From Phoronis australis (lineage: Eukaryota > Animalia > Phoronida): a stretch of DNA of 64,000 bases. The stretch covers positions 774,874 to 838,873 of the forward strand of contig NMRA01000018.1 of NCBI GenBank assembly GCA_002633005.1, given 5' to 3'. How positions within the stretch are numbered: the first letter of the stretch is position 1; each line of letters opens with the position of its first letter. A program made the translations under genes and the position numbers. The notes under the pieces were generated by a model. The model was not told the DNA's origin, searched no databases, and saw only the letters and a list, made by a program, of their open reading frames with translations. Positions 50,682 through 64,000 of the stretch are shown one piece after another.

Positions 50682-50960
50682 TTGTCGAAAAGCATAAGGA
50701 TATGGGCAACTTCAGAAAAGCTTTGGTGCTTCTTCTGCCACAAAGCTGAACACCAGACTAGAAACTGCCGGAAGCTGACTCGGGTGAAACAACACCAAAA
50801 GTCTGCTGCCGTCAATTATCTATGTTTCACGAGAGACAAGAGGGAGCCAGTGAAAAGTACTAACAATGAACACGCCTTCAGAGGAAAGCTGCGTCTGAAG
50901 GATGGGAATGTCGCTTTGAAGAAGGTCCTAGGGCTAGGAGACACAGGATGCTGCCTGTCG
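50682..50960 (+). pseudogene. Gypsy-type gag zinc knuckle plus protease remnant
   Basis: CFFCHKAEHQTRNC (CX2CX4HX4C) followed by VLGLGDTGC (aspartic-protease DTG motif). Confidence 0.7.
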
Positions 50961-52199
50961 CCAAGACCAACATCGACACACAGTACTAAACTGGGGGAAG
51001 TGCTCGCGATGTGCATTCTATATACGCCATTTCTACAGTGAACTCAAAATCTTACTCACTGGCCAGTGGCGAAAACCTGGCGAATGATATACGAACTACT
51101 CTTAACAATAAGGGCTAATGCTACGCTCAGTCCCAAAACTCATAAAATCATCCACGTGAGCTTAAAGGTTTCAAAAACGGACAATTGCTACACAAATAAA
51201 AAAGTTCATGTTCATTCAACGTTTCGTCTATTCATTAGACATCATCAGGATATATGCATATCTGTTTCATACAATCATACAAATACAGAATAGGAACCAG
51301 TTCCTATTGTTGTTCTCTGTAACATCTAGACCACCATCGATTTGTTTTGAAACAGCTAGTCGTACGCAAACATTCTTATTGATACAAAAGATTTCTCCTA
51401 CATTTTACTAAGTGCGCAGGACCTTGCAAGACTCTTGCCACCCGTGTTTTATTGCTACTCAAACACACAACTCGAACCAGTATTTTCTGAAAATAGGCCT
51501 ACCCAAACGTTCGCCCATTGGCAGATTTTCTGAAAGTCTTCGAAAAGTACGCCCATGAACTTAGGTTCTGTATGTGTTTGCATATTTTGAAAATCTGATG
51601 GTTGGTTCTAAAAGATGCATGAAAAATGTTTTGATGAAAAATATTTTTGGCAGGACATATTTTTGAGATCGCGATTTCACTCACTTGACAATCATTTAAC
51701 AGATATTGGGTAACTTTGTTGTTAAACTTACCGTATTAAGTACTTTGAAATCAGCCTTGAAAGGTTAAAGATAATTATTTGATTTAAAATGGCATCATAA
51801 ATATTCGAAACAGTTTCCGACAATACACCAGGGCGAATATCCAAATTAAATCGACGTTTCTGAAAAGTCGTTTTCAGAATATTCGCCCATGGGTGTAATT
51901 TCGGAAATTCTCTGTACAGCCGTTGCAGGAATGAATATCTATGAGTGGTGTGATAGTGATGAAGCAACTGAAGCTGGGCGTATGCATGCAGTCATTCGTA
52001 TTCATACAAACAATTCCTACGTGACACATCGCCATCAAGTCAAAAAGCAAAAATGGGTACCCAGACATTTTTGGCAGTACGTCTATAAGGTTTTGTTGTT
52101 TCATGCACAGGAGTCCCTCTCAGCTGTGTTGTCATCTTGACATCCATAAGCATTTTTGAATATGAAAATTTAGACAACCCACACGAAAAAAAAATTTTT

Positions 52200-55100
52200 T
52201 TTTTTGCTTACTTATTGCAGCGCCATTAGGTCCCTGGGACTCTGTGCGGAATTGCGCCTATGTAGGAAACTTAGGCGCGTGCGAACCACTAGGGTAAAAA
52301 GGTCCACCAGTTCGGAAATAGACACATGGGCTTGAAGACACGGCCATACAGTAATACAAAACTATTGATTAAATTTCTTGAAAATACGCCAAGGAACTCC
52401 AAAGATACCCAGGTAAACGTACAAAAGTTGCCACTAGGAGGCACAGCGATAGTCAACACAAATGCGCCTATATGCAAATTAAGCTGAGGACCTATGCAAG
52501 AGGCATTACCTGGGCTTTTATACAACATTTTTGGACATGTGCCAATATGCCGAATTACTTGAGTAAAAAGGCCGCGAAAAACGTAGGCCAATATACATGT
52601 ATGGGTCTAGAGAAGCGCCAATACGGCATGCCTTCCTTAAAAAAACTGCATGCAGGTAAGTCATTACGATGAGTAAATACTATTGATATCTGCACCGAAG
52701 TTTCTATGGTGTAATGGATTTCAGGTGGGTGCATCGCAAATTTACATAATTAATGCAAGTTAAGACCGACATTATTTAAACGTGAACTTGCGCTTATAGC
52801 AGCAGTGCCTGGCACCACATTTAAATAACATTGACACTTGCACCCAATTTCCCAATGATTCAATGACATCAGTGCGCAGGTCATTACATCATACATTTTG
52901 CAAGTTTTATGCAAATGAAGTACAGCCATGGATTAGAAACAGGCTGAGTGCATTTATGTGCTCTCATAACATGGCGATTTATGCATCCATTAAATCCAAT
53001 AAAAACTCATCCGTTGGTCATATAGAACTGTTAGGAATGCAAATTAATAGCCATGGAGAAAGGGTTGTTTCGGTAATCAATACTCAAGATCTTCAGTCTC
53101 ATAAGCGTCATCGTCGTCAACGACATTCTCCACAGAATGGATTTCAACACCCACGTGCGCAATATAACATAGTTGGTTCTTGTGCAGGGGACAAACTGGT
53201 AATTTTACTTGTGGGTTATTGGACGTAATTTCCCTATCTTTTCGCTAAGTCAAAAAACCGTTTGAAAGCCAAGACGAGGAAGAGGAAGCACACAAGTTTG
53301 ACTATTACAGACAACTCGCCAATCGTATATGCGCATAATAATTTCCCAGTAACCAGAAATGGGCACCTATAAATTCTTGTTAGTGTAAGGTTTTTGGATA
53401 TTTCGTGTCTAGGTACCCCGCTCCCCTGAATCGTTTTAGCAGTGTTGTAATCTAGATCTATCCAAATGTCGTCCTGTCAAATGCAATCAAGATTCTGCAA
53501 AGGGTTTGGGAGATACAGACAATGACGCGAAAAACAGCCACTTGAAGGTACCGCAGTAGGCCGAGTCGTCCGAAAACCATCATCAGCTGTCCACTTCACA
53601 GTAGAAACATAAACACCAATTTTCAAAATCATCCATAAATTTGTTTGGTTGATTAGGGGGCGGACGCCAGAAACAGACTAGAAAACAGTAAAAAACGGCC
53701 ACTAGATGGCGCATAATGCGTCGAATCTATTCGAAAATGAGAACACGCCATCGGTTCCTTAATAGAAAGCCGATTACCAAAATTCAGAAAAATCCCTCTT
53801 GGAAATTCAGAGGAAAACGGAAAAATGAAATTTCCACTAGGGGGCACAGCGTTCGTCGCATCCGTCTAAAAGTCGTTGTCGTCCGTTGTCAACTTATCAA
53901 TACACTTCTTAAATTCAACAAAGATTCGGCAGAGCGTTTAGGAGAAACGAAGAATGGTGAATGTTGGCCAAGACCCTTTTGTCCACCTGACGTCACATGC
54001 ACGCTGCCGTCTCTAGTGGAGGTCAACGAACAGAGATCATGGACCAGTTAGTGGAAACAAAGGAGACTCCTTTGTAGAAAACCTAGTGGCAATGGAGCAT
54101 GGTAAACGAACCGATTTGTATTGTAGGACGTTGAGTCATTTTTTGTAGAAACCAAATGTCCGAAAAAAATGAGTGATTTATAATATTAACTTCATGTAGA
54201 TAATTGTAATGTCATATTGATGGTTATCAGTCAGTTAGGAGTTGTGGAACGTTGAATAACCTGCCTTAAAAAGTGCTGTAGCCGGTTCTTGGGAAAATAT
54301 TAAAATGTGGGGATTCATAATTCATTAAAAACGTTCTGTGAAAAATATTCCGTGTGGTGCTGATATTTTGTGTTGAAATTGATAATAATCGGCACAACTG
54401 GTAACTCGACTCAGGATGAAGACACCATTTGTACGCCAGGCCACAGTCAGTGCTGTTCTTCAATGGAACTATTTACGGATATGTTGGCGAATCTTTCGCA
54501 AATGTGAGTCGATTTTGAACAAAAACATACCGTTTTGGTCGACATAACTTTCAAAACTTTAAAGAAAATGAAATAACCGAATGCTCGGCCACAAATCCAG
54601 TCACAGACGGCAGACGTCTTTTCACTACCGTAAATCAAATGAGAAGCTGAAATATAAACACAACCTCTGCATACTTGTAACGTGGCCGTTCGCCGCTACA
54701 GCGGACGCAGGACTTCAGCCACTCAACTGAGCAAAATTATTTATCATGCCGCAACCTCAGAAGTCACCATGTAACATATCACAAATACATTCTTAAATTA
54801 AATTTTGAGGATTGACGAAAGTCTCAATACGGAGAATTATTTGTAACAAATCTACCTGTGACTCGTCTGATGTTACTTGTTGGTCCGTACTGGTAGGCTA
54901 AATCAGAGGTTAACTCGGTTCGCGAATTCTCATGGCCTCCACTGGGGGCGCCAGCATGCGTGTGACGTCAGATGGACAAAAGGGTCCTGGTCAACAGTCA
55001 TAATTCTGCAGGAAATACAGCCATGGCCGCAAACATAACAGCCGCTAGGAAGCCTCACAGCAGTCGAACTCGTTGGAAAATCATGGTCAGCCGTCCTCAT

Positions 55101-55254
55101 CGGAGAGCCAATTTTCACAATTATCCTTAGAGTGGCTTGGGTGATAGACTCGAAAACAGTAAAAAATAGCCAGTAGGGGGCGCAAAATACCTTGAATCCA
55201 TTCGAAAACAATAGAACAGCGTCATATCACTAATAGATGCCTGTCGGCCAATTT
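52200..55254. repeat. Cluster of diverged HINE-family repeats (gccactag units) with a nested TIR element
   Basis: 53490-53945 and 55000-55250 align loosely to the HINE at 4640-4990 (ggtttgggagatacag, caattttca.aat.atcc, gact.gaaaacagtaaaaa). Confidence 0.6.
53964..54993. mobile_element. About 1-kb unclassified TIR element (about 65-bp TIR)
   Basis: gacccttttgtccacctgacgtcacatgcacgctg...agtggagg versus cctccactg...cagcatgcgtgtgacgtcagatggacaaaagggtc. Confidence 0.7.
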
Positions 55255-55780
55255 NNNNNNNNNNNNNNNNNNNNNNNNNNNNNNNNNNNNNNNNNNNNNN
55301 NNNNNNNNNNNNNNNNNNNNNNNNNNNNNNNNNNNNNNNNNNNNNNNNNNNNNNNNNNNNNNNNNNNNNNNNNNNNNNNNNNNNNNNNNNNNNNNNNNNN
55401 NNNNNNNNNNNNNNNNNNNNNNNNNNNNNNNNNNNNNNNNNNNNNNNNNNNNNNNNNNNNNNNNNNNNNNNNNNNNNNNNNNNNNNNNNNNNNNNNNNNN
55501 NNNNNNNNNNNNNNNNNNNNNNNNNNNNNNNNNNNNNNNNNNNNNNNNNNNNNNNNNNNNNNNNNNNNNNNNNNNNNNNNNNNNNNNNNNNNNNNNNNNN
55601 NNNNNNNNNNNNNNNNNNNNNNNNNNNNNNNNNNNNNNNNNNNNNNNNNNNNNNNNNNNNNNNNNNNNNNNNNNNNNNNNNNNNNNNNNNNNNNNNNNNN
55701 NNNNNNNNNNNNNNNNNNNNNNNNNNNNNNNNNNNNNNNNNNNNNNNNNNNNNNNNNNNNNNNNNNNNNNNNNNNNNNNN
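55255..55780. other. Assembly gap (N run)
   Basis: 526 consecutive N. Confidence 1.
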
Positions 55781-55924
55781 ATTTGGCGCCCACACCGGTG
55801 GTTTCCAGGTTCCACCAGTTTGGTGGCCCCGGCGCCCATATGGGGCCCTCTCGGCCACCCTCCTTCAGCTGGAGGATCAGCTGCCCTTCCCTGAACCCTA
55901 CTTGCTTCGCACCTGATCACGTGT

Positions 55925-56418
55925 CACCCTGGTCCCCAAGCCTCCAGATGACTGTGATCGGATTAGTCATTTGAGGCTTGGTTTTGGGAAATACCTCCTG
56001 CGCAATGGTTGTCCGCAGCTTCACGTCATTAAAACAAAGGCAGATTTTATTTATTTTCACAAGCGTTGTTGCTGCCATCCATGAAGCAGAAGGCATTGTT
56101 TTTGGTTATTGTATGAAATAAAGGTTGTTAGCGGACTTCTTTTCAATTCCTTTTTATTAGTATCATAGAATGTAATATGTTTTCGAATCAAAATATATCA
56201 TTTTTGCAATAATTTAGACCGAAACTGCTGCAATATACCGTTAGTTTTCACTTTTATATTCTACTGCAAAAATTTCGAAGTTGATATAACTTTATTTTAC
56301 TTGTGATATTCCGTCGATTTCCGTAAAAATTTGGCAGAATTCTGACACATTTCATTTCCCATAACCAAGCCTACATGTAAACCGATCATTGCCATCTTCA
56401 GGCCTGGGGAAGAGGCTA
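55925..56418. mobile_element. About 490-bp MITE of the same Mutator-like family as 11353-13959
   Basis: TIR accctggtccccaagcctccagatg / catcttcaggcctggggaagaggct. 9-bp flanks atcacgtgt / atcatgtgt match 8/9. 56040-56417 is the reverse-complement homolog of 11354-11720. Confidence 0.75.
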
Positions 56419-57707
56419 ATCATGTGTGAGTCAAGAAAAGTCAAGTTCACACCAAGACACGAAGCCCACAGTCTGACCACCCCTCAAGCTGTAATGGGCT
56501 ATTCTGTAACGCAAGGGATCAACAGAAGGACAACTTGCCATGGCGTAAATGGTGTTGCGAATGACCGAAAGAGTCGACACTGCCTGTCTAATCTCATTTT
56601 GAATATACCCGCATTTAGGCCGAGCAAGCACAGCAACGTAGATTTTCTGAACGCTTTCATCTTAATTAAATCTGATATGTTATAAATAATTATTACAACG
56701 TGGGTTTTAAACAAAGAGTCGATTCTACGTCGAACACAAAGATATCTTTTCCACATAAATTCGCCGCTCATCAGGAACATACACTTTCTGTTCATGAAAT
56801 CAACTCGTGACCTAGCTGTGGCTAATTTTACACCATCCGTGTGACGTCAGCAGCAGCAGAATGTAGGTCGAGGTGCTTGGTCAAGATTCTCCATCGAATC
56901 GTGAGTGGCGCGTTTATATAAATTTTATTCGATTACGGATTGTGTATTACTTATGGGCCGGGGTAGGTACTTCTTGGATTCTTATAACATCCTCAAACCA
57001 TGTAATAAGGACTTTGACGAAATGAAGATAGTTGCAATAATGCCAGTCGCAGAAAATTCTGAGCTGCGGTTTATGGGAAGATCGTGGGATAAAAGTACAT
57101 GTAGCTCTTACACGTTTCTTATATATAACTAGCTGGAGCCCGTTCGTCGCCGGTAAATAATTTAGTTTACTCAAGGAAGAGTAGTTTTTAATCACACTAA
57201 TTTTGTGCCAAATCTTATATGTTCATTTTTTTCCACATCGGTGCAAAGCTACATATCTTTAGTAGGTACGCTTTGCACCAAGAAGAACACTGACTACATA
57301 ACACTGTTGTCACACATGAAAGCATGAATGCCGTTCTAGATGAGATCAATCTTATTTGATAACTGGAAAACGTTTAGCCATTAAAAGAAAAGTAGCATGT
57401 TATTCTATACCATTCCAACGAGGCAAAGTGTTAACATCGGCACCAGTTTCGAAACACTCAGTCAAGTTCAATGACTGTCATCTCGGTTGACTTAGCTAAA
57501 CACCTGATCTGATGCGGGACAAAGTGTACAAATGCCTGTCAAAGGTACTGACAGGGTTTGCATCAATCCCAATGACGTCAGCATCTGCCGTGTTTTTTTT
57601 ACTGTTGAAAAGGAGTTTTTTATCTGACATGGCTTGACTTCAATATGGCGCTCCCCAGCTATTTTGTGCAACTTCACGTAGCTGCTTTAATTTTGGAGTT
57701 TAATTAA

Positions 57708-59393
57708 AGGAGCATGCCACCCAAAAAACAACCTAATTTGTATCAGTTTAGATCGAGTAGTTCTACTCCATAACGACAAGTGTGGTTGCGTTACCTGACA
57801 CCTGACGGCAGTCGGAAGTGTTGAAATTATCCAATTACGTCATCGGTTTCACACGCATTCTGTTCAGGAGTTCACAACACGGGTTACTGGTGTCAGCTTA
57901 TCATTTGGAATCATCGTTTAGCATCAATAAATCATCAAACTTCGATGTAAAACCCTTAAAAATACACCGAGTTCTTACAAAAACGTGTTGTTTTATTTCG
58001 CTCTTACGGATTTATTGGTAGTTGGACACACCGTAGCCTACAAAGTTCGGGAGGCCAATAAGGTCCGTAGCAGGAGTTTGAGGTGTGTTCGGAGATAATT
58101 TCGAAGTATTTTCCGTGAGATACAGACAGGAGAACCTAGATCTGTGTTGTTTAGACTTGCGATTTTCTGAGTTCTAAACACAAAACGCTTGTTATCCTGG
58201 CCAGTGGCTCGGAGCCCGATCAGGCCCGTCGCGGCCGGTCCGGATTGACTAGTTATCCCGGCCAGTGACTCGGAAACAGATCAGACATCACGAACAAACC
58301 AGCCAAAGTCCAGTGGAAACTAAACTTCCAGTCAAGAAAATACTATACTAGTGAGCCAAAGTAATGTGCACGTGATTATGTGGATGAATTAGCCACGAAA
58401 CTGCAAATCTTCTTACTCGTCGGGGGCCGCGAATTCAGTTCCGCTTTGGCCACAGCACCGTCAGGGCAGAAGTTGTACATTGACAATCATTGTTTGAGTA
58501 ATGTAAGTGTAAATAAAGATTCCCCTAACACCTGGTCGTGGGGTGGAAATCCAGTTGTTTCACAACAGTTTCTGCCAGCAAACACTAAATTAGCATGAGC
58601 TCACACTGCCTAGCGGTGTCCTGTCAATTAGTTTTATTGCACCTAAAGCCGGTAACGCAATGATTTATTCATTGCTGGCTTCTAAAATCATTTCGTGCAC
58701 TCACGAACACTCCAAAGGCATTACAAACTGCATCTAATGAGACAGACTTTGTTTCAGTTTTATATAAGTATTGGTTAGGGTGAGAATAATTCATTTTAAA
58801 ACAGAACGCTCAGTAATAAACGCCAACATGGCAACTCGCAATCCCGACTTAGGGCGAGCTAGAGCGGCTCATCAATCCCGACTTCGCAGGTGGATCGTTA
58901 AGTTTTACAGGCTATCAATTCGAACAGGAATACAGTGATGAAGAAATACTAGAGAGGCGCCGTGAACAAGCTCAGACAACGGAATGTATGGAGTTATAGG
59001 GTAAGCCGGCATTCGTGAGGCACTGTCGACGTCGTCTGCAGGCCACAGACACGGAGATGTTTCACGGCCTCATACTTGCTATTTACAGCGTACATTTCAT
59101 TCTTCACTACCATGAGCCACTTCCTAAGCATTTTGGACTCTCGAAGAAGTAAAAGAAACGATACACTCGCTTTCCTCGTGGTTGCTTAGTTCGGACAAGC
59201 AGGAACGATACACCGCAACATAGCGGCATTCACTCTGCATATGAACCACTGACGTCGCTAGCGTCGTTTCTCACCTTCCTCACAGGTTAACGCGACACCT
59301 CTTGGCAAGGTAAGGTCGACCGTATGCGAGGCGATGTGGAAATAGACCGATTAAGACGGCAAAAAGACTAATTAAATCGGGTGGCATTCGCCT
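57708..59393 (+). mobile_element. Kolobok-like non-autonomous DNA transposon, complete copy
   Basis: ttaa|aggagcatgccaccc ... gggtggcattcgcct|ttaa. TTAA TSD with AG termini, not the CC termini of piggyBac. Confidence 0.85.
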
Positions 59394-60696
59394 TTAAATG
59401 TTCAATGTACCACCTCGGTACGCCAATGACCACACACTGGAGAGTTTCTGGCTACATGAAGATGAAGTAAGAATGGAAAAGGTTAACAATTGTGCTTCCA
59501 TTCTAGGTTTAACAGGTTAAGATAGCAGTAATTTCTGTCACTTTAACTGCGATTTGGATGCTGTTTCCATTGGTGCTGTTACGTCATGATCCATTATTAA
59601 TTTGATTTCGGGTACTCAAAAATAAACACAACTCATTTCCAATGCCGATGCGGCTTGTTTCAGAAAATGTATTTACTGAAGTTGAACTACTTGAATCGAT
59701 GTAGAAAGAAAATAGAAAATAAACGTTTGCTTTCACTTCGTTTTGAAACCAAACCCCTCTTTATTATTTATTCAAAGAAACGCTTATAAACAACGGAACT
59801 GCGTGCAGTTTATCGTGATACTGAAGGTAGGAGTGACTGACTGACTGGCACACTACCTACTCACTTCCGTATAATCGGTACATGTATAACGGTGAAGAGA
59901 GGGTACCAGCCGTCCCGAATGGTCGCTTAATCAGTTCCCCAAATTTGGCCCTATTTGCTGAAAACCTATTATTCCTAGGGAAATATGTTGATTCACAGAA
60001 GTCTTATTTTCGATTAGCTAACCTTACTATTATTGTACACTTTCAAGATAAAAACTTACTCAGTTTGACTACACTGTTCTCCCATTTGGTCCTGACAAGA
60101 ACGAAAATAATGGAAATCGTAGTAACAAAATGATATAAAATATTATATAAAAAACGTTTGGTAAAACTTACTTGTTCAATTAAACTAAATGTCATTGAAA
60201 AATAGTAAAGTTCAAATACATTTAGTGACACTTGCTAGCCTGGAATATAAGATTTTTTTGGTTTCAATTTTGATAAGTCTTGCAGTAAAAAACACTCTGA
60301 GCAAGTGGACTTGCACTTGTCGATTTGCCAGGCGTCCTGTCAACAACGGCGGTTGAAAGTACCCGAACGAAAATATAAAGGTGTCGTATTCTCCGCTCGT
60401 ATTTCCGGAATATGGACTCGTAAAAAGTGAGAGTGCCCGTACGAGAGAAGCCAATTTACTACTCGTTTTTACTTGGCGGAATTCTGGGAATTCCGCCATA
60501 GTATGTTGGTCTGACATAAAGTTTTTTTTTCGCTCTGTACACGTCATAATTTTCGTCCGATCCGCACGAAATTTGAACACGACGTGTACATGTAGATCAG
60601 AAAGACCTGGAAGCTTATTGTTTTTGGTCATGATCGGATTAAAAATGGAGGACGTGACGGACATTTTGTTTCCGGTTTCAGATTCAAATGCTCATA

Positions 60697-61950
60697 AAGG
60701 CCGCATTTTTTGACGTGCAAGGCTGAAACTTAGCACGATTATTATAGAACACATGTTCTACAACTGTGCCGAAAAACGTTGAGTTCCGGTTAAAGATGGC
60801 GGAAATATTGACAATGGCGCATGATATTTGGCCAAAAACGTCTTCTCCTGTAGAGGACGCATTAGCGAACCAATCACTTTCAAACTGGTCACGTGTTTGT
60901 TGCTATTGATCAGCTTTTATAATTTTTTTTTAACCGGAAGTCACTTTCAAGATGGCGGCTCTGGCGCATTTTCACCCATTTTCAATCGTTCTGCGGTTGC
61001 ATTTTTAACGAAAAGAGCAAATGACGTGAATTTTTGCATGTGGATTCCTTGAAGTATACTCTTTCAAAAGTTCTGCGATAACGTTTTTCTCAGATTAAAG
61101 GTTTTCGAGTTGACTTTGAATTTCAAAAAAACGCAAAATTTCAATTTTTTCGAAAAATTTATGGAATGTTGCGAAACTATCAATTCAAATAGAGTTTTGG
61201 ACGGGCTTTCAGAAGGTTAGGTATTTTCCATTTTTCGCTACGACGTCTACTTTTTGACTTATTGGATTTTTTTTTTGATAGCGCTGTTCCTTTGCTGCAG
61301 CTCATGCTGCACCGATGTTGGTTTAGCTTCTATTGAACAAGACCATGAAGACATTGCTTATAGAGGCCGCATTTTTCGACGCGCAGGGCTGAACATTGGT
61401 ACGATTATTATAGCCCACAAGCACTACAACTGTGCCGTAAATCTGTAACTTCCGATCAAAGATGGCGGAAATATCGGCAAGGGCGCATGCGCACCTCGAT
61501 AACTGGCCAATAACGTTTTCTCCTGTAGAGGGCGCATTGGCGAACCAATCATTATCAAATTGGTCACGTTTTTGTTGCTTTTGATCGGCTTTGATAAAAT
61601 TTTGTTAAACCGGAAGTCACTTTCAAAATGGCGGTCTGGCGCATTTTCACCCATTTTCGATCGTTCTGCAGTCACATTTTGAACGGGAAGAGCAAATGAC
61701 GTGAATTTTTGCATGTGGATTCCTTGAAGTTGCTTAATAACGTTTTTGTCAAACTTACCGTTTTCGAGTTATCTGACTTTGAATTTCAAAAAAACGCAAA
61801 ATTTCAATTTTTTCGAAAAATTCATGCAATGTTGCAAAACTGCCAGGTTACATAGAGTTATGAACGGACTTTCAGAAGATATTTTCAATTTGTCGCTAGG
61901 ACGTCTACTTTTTTAATTATTCGAGTTTCTGAAAACGCTGTTCCTTTGCT
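60697..61950. repeat. Tandem duplication, about 665-bp unit, two copies
   Basis: aggccgcattttt...aagatggcggaaatat...ttaaccggaagtcactttc...aaacgctgttcctttgctg at about 60697-61300 and 61362-61950. Confidence 0.85.
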
Positions 61951-61977
61951 GACCGATTTTGCTGTTCGCCAAATGTC

Positions 61978-62700
61978 GCTCAAGACTGTAGCCTATTTAC
62001 TGATTTCTCACATCTTCTCTAGTCACATGAGTGTTATAGTGTTGCTCATAATCGCCACCGTCATCATCACAAGCATCATCGTCGTTAATTTCGCCTAGTG
62101 TCGCTCAAGATTGTAGGTAGCACTGAACAGTCAGGTCGCGGCCACGGGGCATTTTCTTGTGCCTACAATTCATATATAAGGCGTATGTCAGCTTTGGCTC
62201 GTTGTTCGAGGAATTTGCTGAAAAAGATGCCAGGAAACTGAATTAATTGTGTTTTTGAATGAGAAAAGCCAAGTTTTACCTACTGTTGATGCCATTTGCT
62301 ATCAACCTCTGTCGTCTGCCGTCCGAGAAACCGGTGCGTGAACAAGACTGCAGCCTATTTCTTACTGCTTTCTTTGCTACTCACATGAACGTTGTCGTGT
62401 TGTTCATAATCGCCGCTTTCATCACCATGATTGCCGTCGTCGTCGTCCTCCCCATCGTCGTCTTTTCGATTAATTTCGCCAAGTGTCGCTCCTCCGAGCG
62501 ATCTCGCACTGTTGCCAGTTTACCGGGTGCGTGAACAAGACTGCAGGATACAAGTCCTTACTGATTTGTTTGCTAGTCGCATGAATGTTATTGTGTTGTT
62601 CATAATCTCCGCCTTCATCGTCATCATCGTCGTCGTCGTCCTTCCAATCGTCCTGTTTTCGCGTAATTTCGCCAAGTGTCGCTCCTCCGAGCGCTCTCGT
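61978..62700. repeat. Three diverged 130-190-bp repeats containing (GTC/ATC)n
   Basis: caagactg.ag...gttcataatc.ccgc...aatttcgccaagtgtcgctc at about 61980, 62343 and 62536. Confidence 0.7.
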
Positions 62701-63769
62701 TTTTTTTTTACTTTTCCACTCGCATTTTCGCCCGTTTCACGCGCAATTCTGAGTCCACCGGAGCAGGTCGCCGGGAACATCGTCTTGCTAGAATTTCCTG
62801 CAGCACAAGTATGGCCAAGTAATTGAAATTGACACTTTTTAACTCAGAACTCTACCACAGCCTCTCATACTACGCAAAAAAAAAATTATTCTTCAATAGA
62901 ATCATACTTTTCTTGAAGTTTTAAGAACCAAATCCTGGCCTTGTTCACACTTCAAATTGAAATAACAGGTGCTCTACACATGACATTTTGTTAGACCCAT
63001 TCTTACATATCTATATACCAATAACGGAATTCAGCACAAAGTCGAAGCATTTCGACGCTTTTTAATTCATGAAAAATTAGTTTTGGAAGACGTAACCTAC
63101 ACCATACACAAGATTTGTTCTTGTGAAGTTGCACTGCATCAGTCGAGCGCATCGGTGCACATAAATGCTTCGCGGAAGATTTTGACAGGAAGTTTTTCAA
63201 TCGTTCCGAGTTGCAAAAGTTTGATCAGCGCGAAAAATGGATGGAGTTTGAGCTTAGATTAATATTGTTTGCATCTTCAATTACTTTGATGACATGCGTA
63301 TGGCAGATAAGTCCTGAAATTTGGGTAGGTATTTTTCAACGTTCATTTTCACCTATTCCAAATTGCGTTAGGTAGTCGAACACAGGTATCGGTTAGAGAG
63401 CGCCGATTTATTTTTGCGCCACTTCGGGTCTGTGTACTCCAATACCAAAGGTCATAGAGTGACTACCAAGCTCAGCGGGTTGATATCGCTATTTCTAAGG
63501 TGAAGTGAGCTTAATGGGCTTCTGGGAGCAGCTGGACACGATATTATCACTGATCAGAAGCGTGTTCAACAGAGTGAGCGCCCGCTAGCGTGTACTCGCG
63601 AACACAAGGAACAGCTCCTGAACAGCTGTGCGATCCAGTATGACGACTCTGAAGCAGATTGTGTTGAACGTGTTAGCCGATGAGCTATACACTAACAGTC
63701 CTTCCTATGGCGTGCTGAGCGATAAATATGATTAATCTTTTCCAATAATTATTAATATCGGCAGCCCAA

Positions 63770-63891
63770 TTGACAACAACCGTGAAGGCTTTGGCCCGAC
63801 AAGAATCGGAAATTACGTCGAGGAAACTGTTCCTCGCTACAGCGACCCGCAATTTAAGTCGCAGTTTCGGATGAGTCGGTCAACTTTTGAG
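63770..63891 (+). pseudogene. PIF/Harbinger (HARBI1-like) transposase N-terminal exon; the element probably continues beyond the window
   Basis: TRIGNYVEETVPRYSDPQFKSQFRMSRSTFE followed by donor gag|gttagt. Matches the F...FRMSR.TF motif of Harbinger transposases. Confidence 0.7.
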
Positions 63892-64000
63892 GTTAGTTTT
63901 TGTGTTGCAGAACCATAATGGGTTCATATATGTTGCAGACGTGAAGCCTTCGCAGGACGCCATCTTGGAAATCTAAGCGAACATGCTCTCGAGGTTGTTC

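Larger units (their letters stand above)
59820..62791 (+). mobile_element. Possible non-autonomous Helitron-like element with internal tandem duplications
   Basis: 5' TC followed by (GACT)n. 3' ccgg...ccgg hairpin shortly before CTAG (62788-62791). The base after CTAG is A rather than the expected T. Confidence 0.35.

Noticed and set aside
55127-55974. Long ORFs of 187-245 aa in the ORF track
   Set aside because: Artefacts of the 526-N assembly gap.
62259-62826. Hydrophobic, TM-like ORFs
   Set aside because: Produced by (GTC/ATC)n low-complexity tandem repeats.

Overview
Eukaryotic, AT-rich, repeat-dense DNA that looks like an invertebrate animal genome. There are no prokaryotic operons, CRISPR arrays or recognisable RNA genes. 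The only long intact ORF is an intronless DUF229 (alkaline-phosphatase superfamily) gene on the minus strand (23281-25338). It sits co-oriented inside a decayed Ty3/Gypsy pol, upstream of RNase H and integrase remnants and downstream of a probable protease remnant, which is where the reverse transcriptase should be. Scattered minus-strand exons suggest one or two type II membrane-protein genes: two similar phase 2-1 signal-anchor exons and an ShKT-domain exon. The rest is a stack of mobile elements. These include a CR1/L2-group LINE with a 2A-like ribosome-skipping peptide in front of its endonuclease, Helentron-type HINE/DINE-1-like elements, Kolobok-like TTAA elements, an ISL2EU-like element (AT target, SAP plus YqaJ remnants), a CCC-terminal TIR element containing a THAP pseudogene, a hAT-like element with a 5-bp TSD, a Mutator-like family, a CAC...GTG foldback, RTE-X-like LINE ends, Gypsy fragments, a possible Helitron and a Harbinger transposase exon. 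Several are nested up to four or five levels deep. All calls were made by eye from motifs, TIRs and TSDs; no database searches were run, and some boundaries are approximate.
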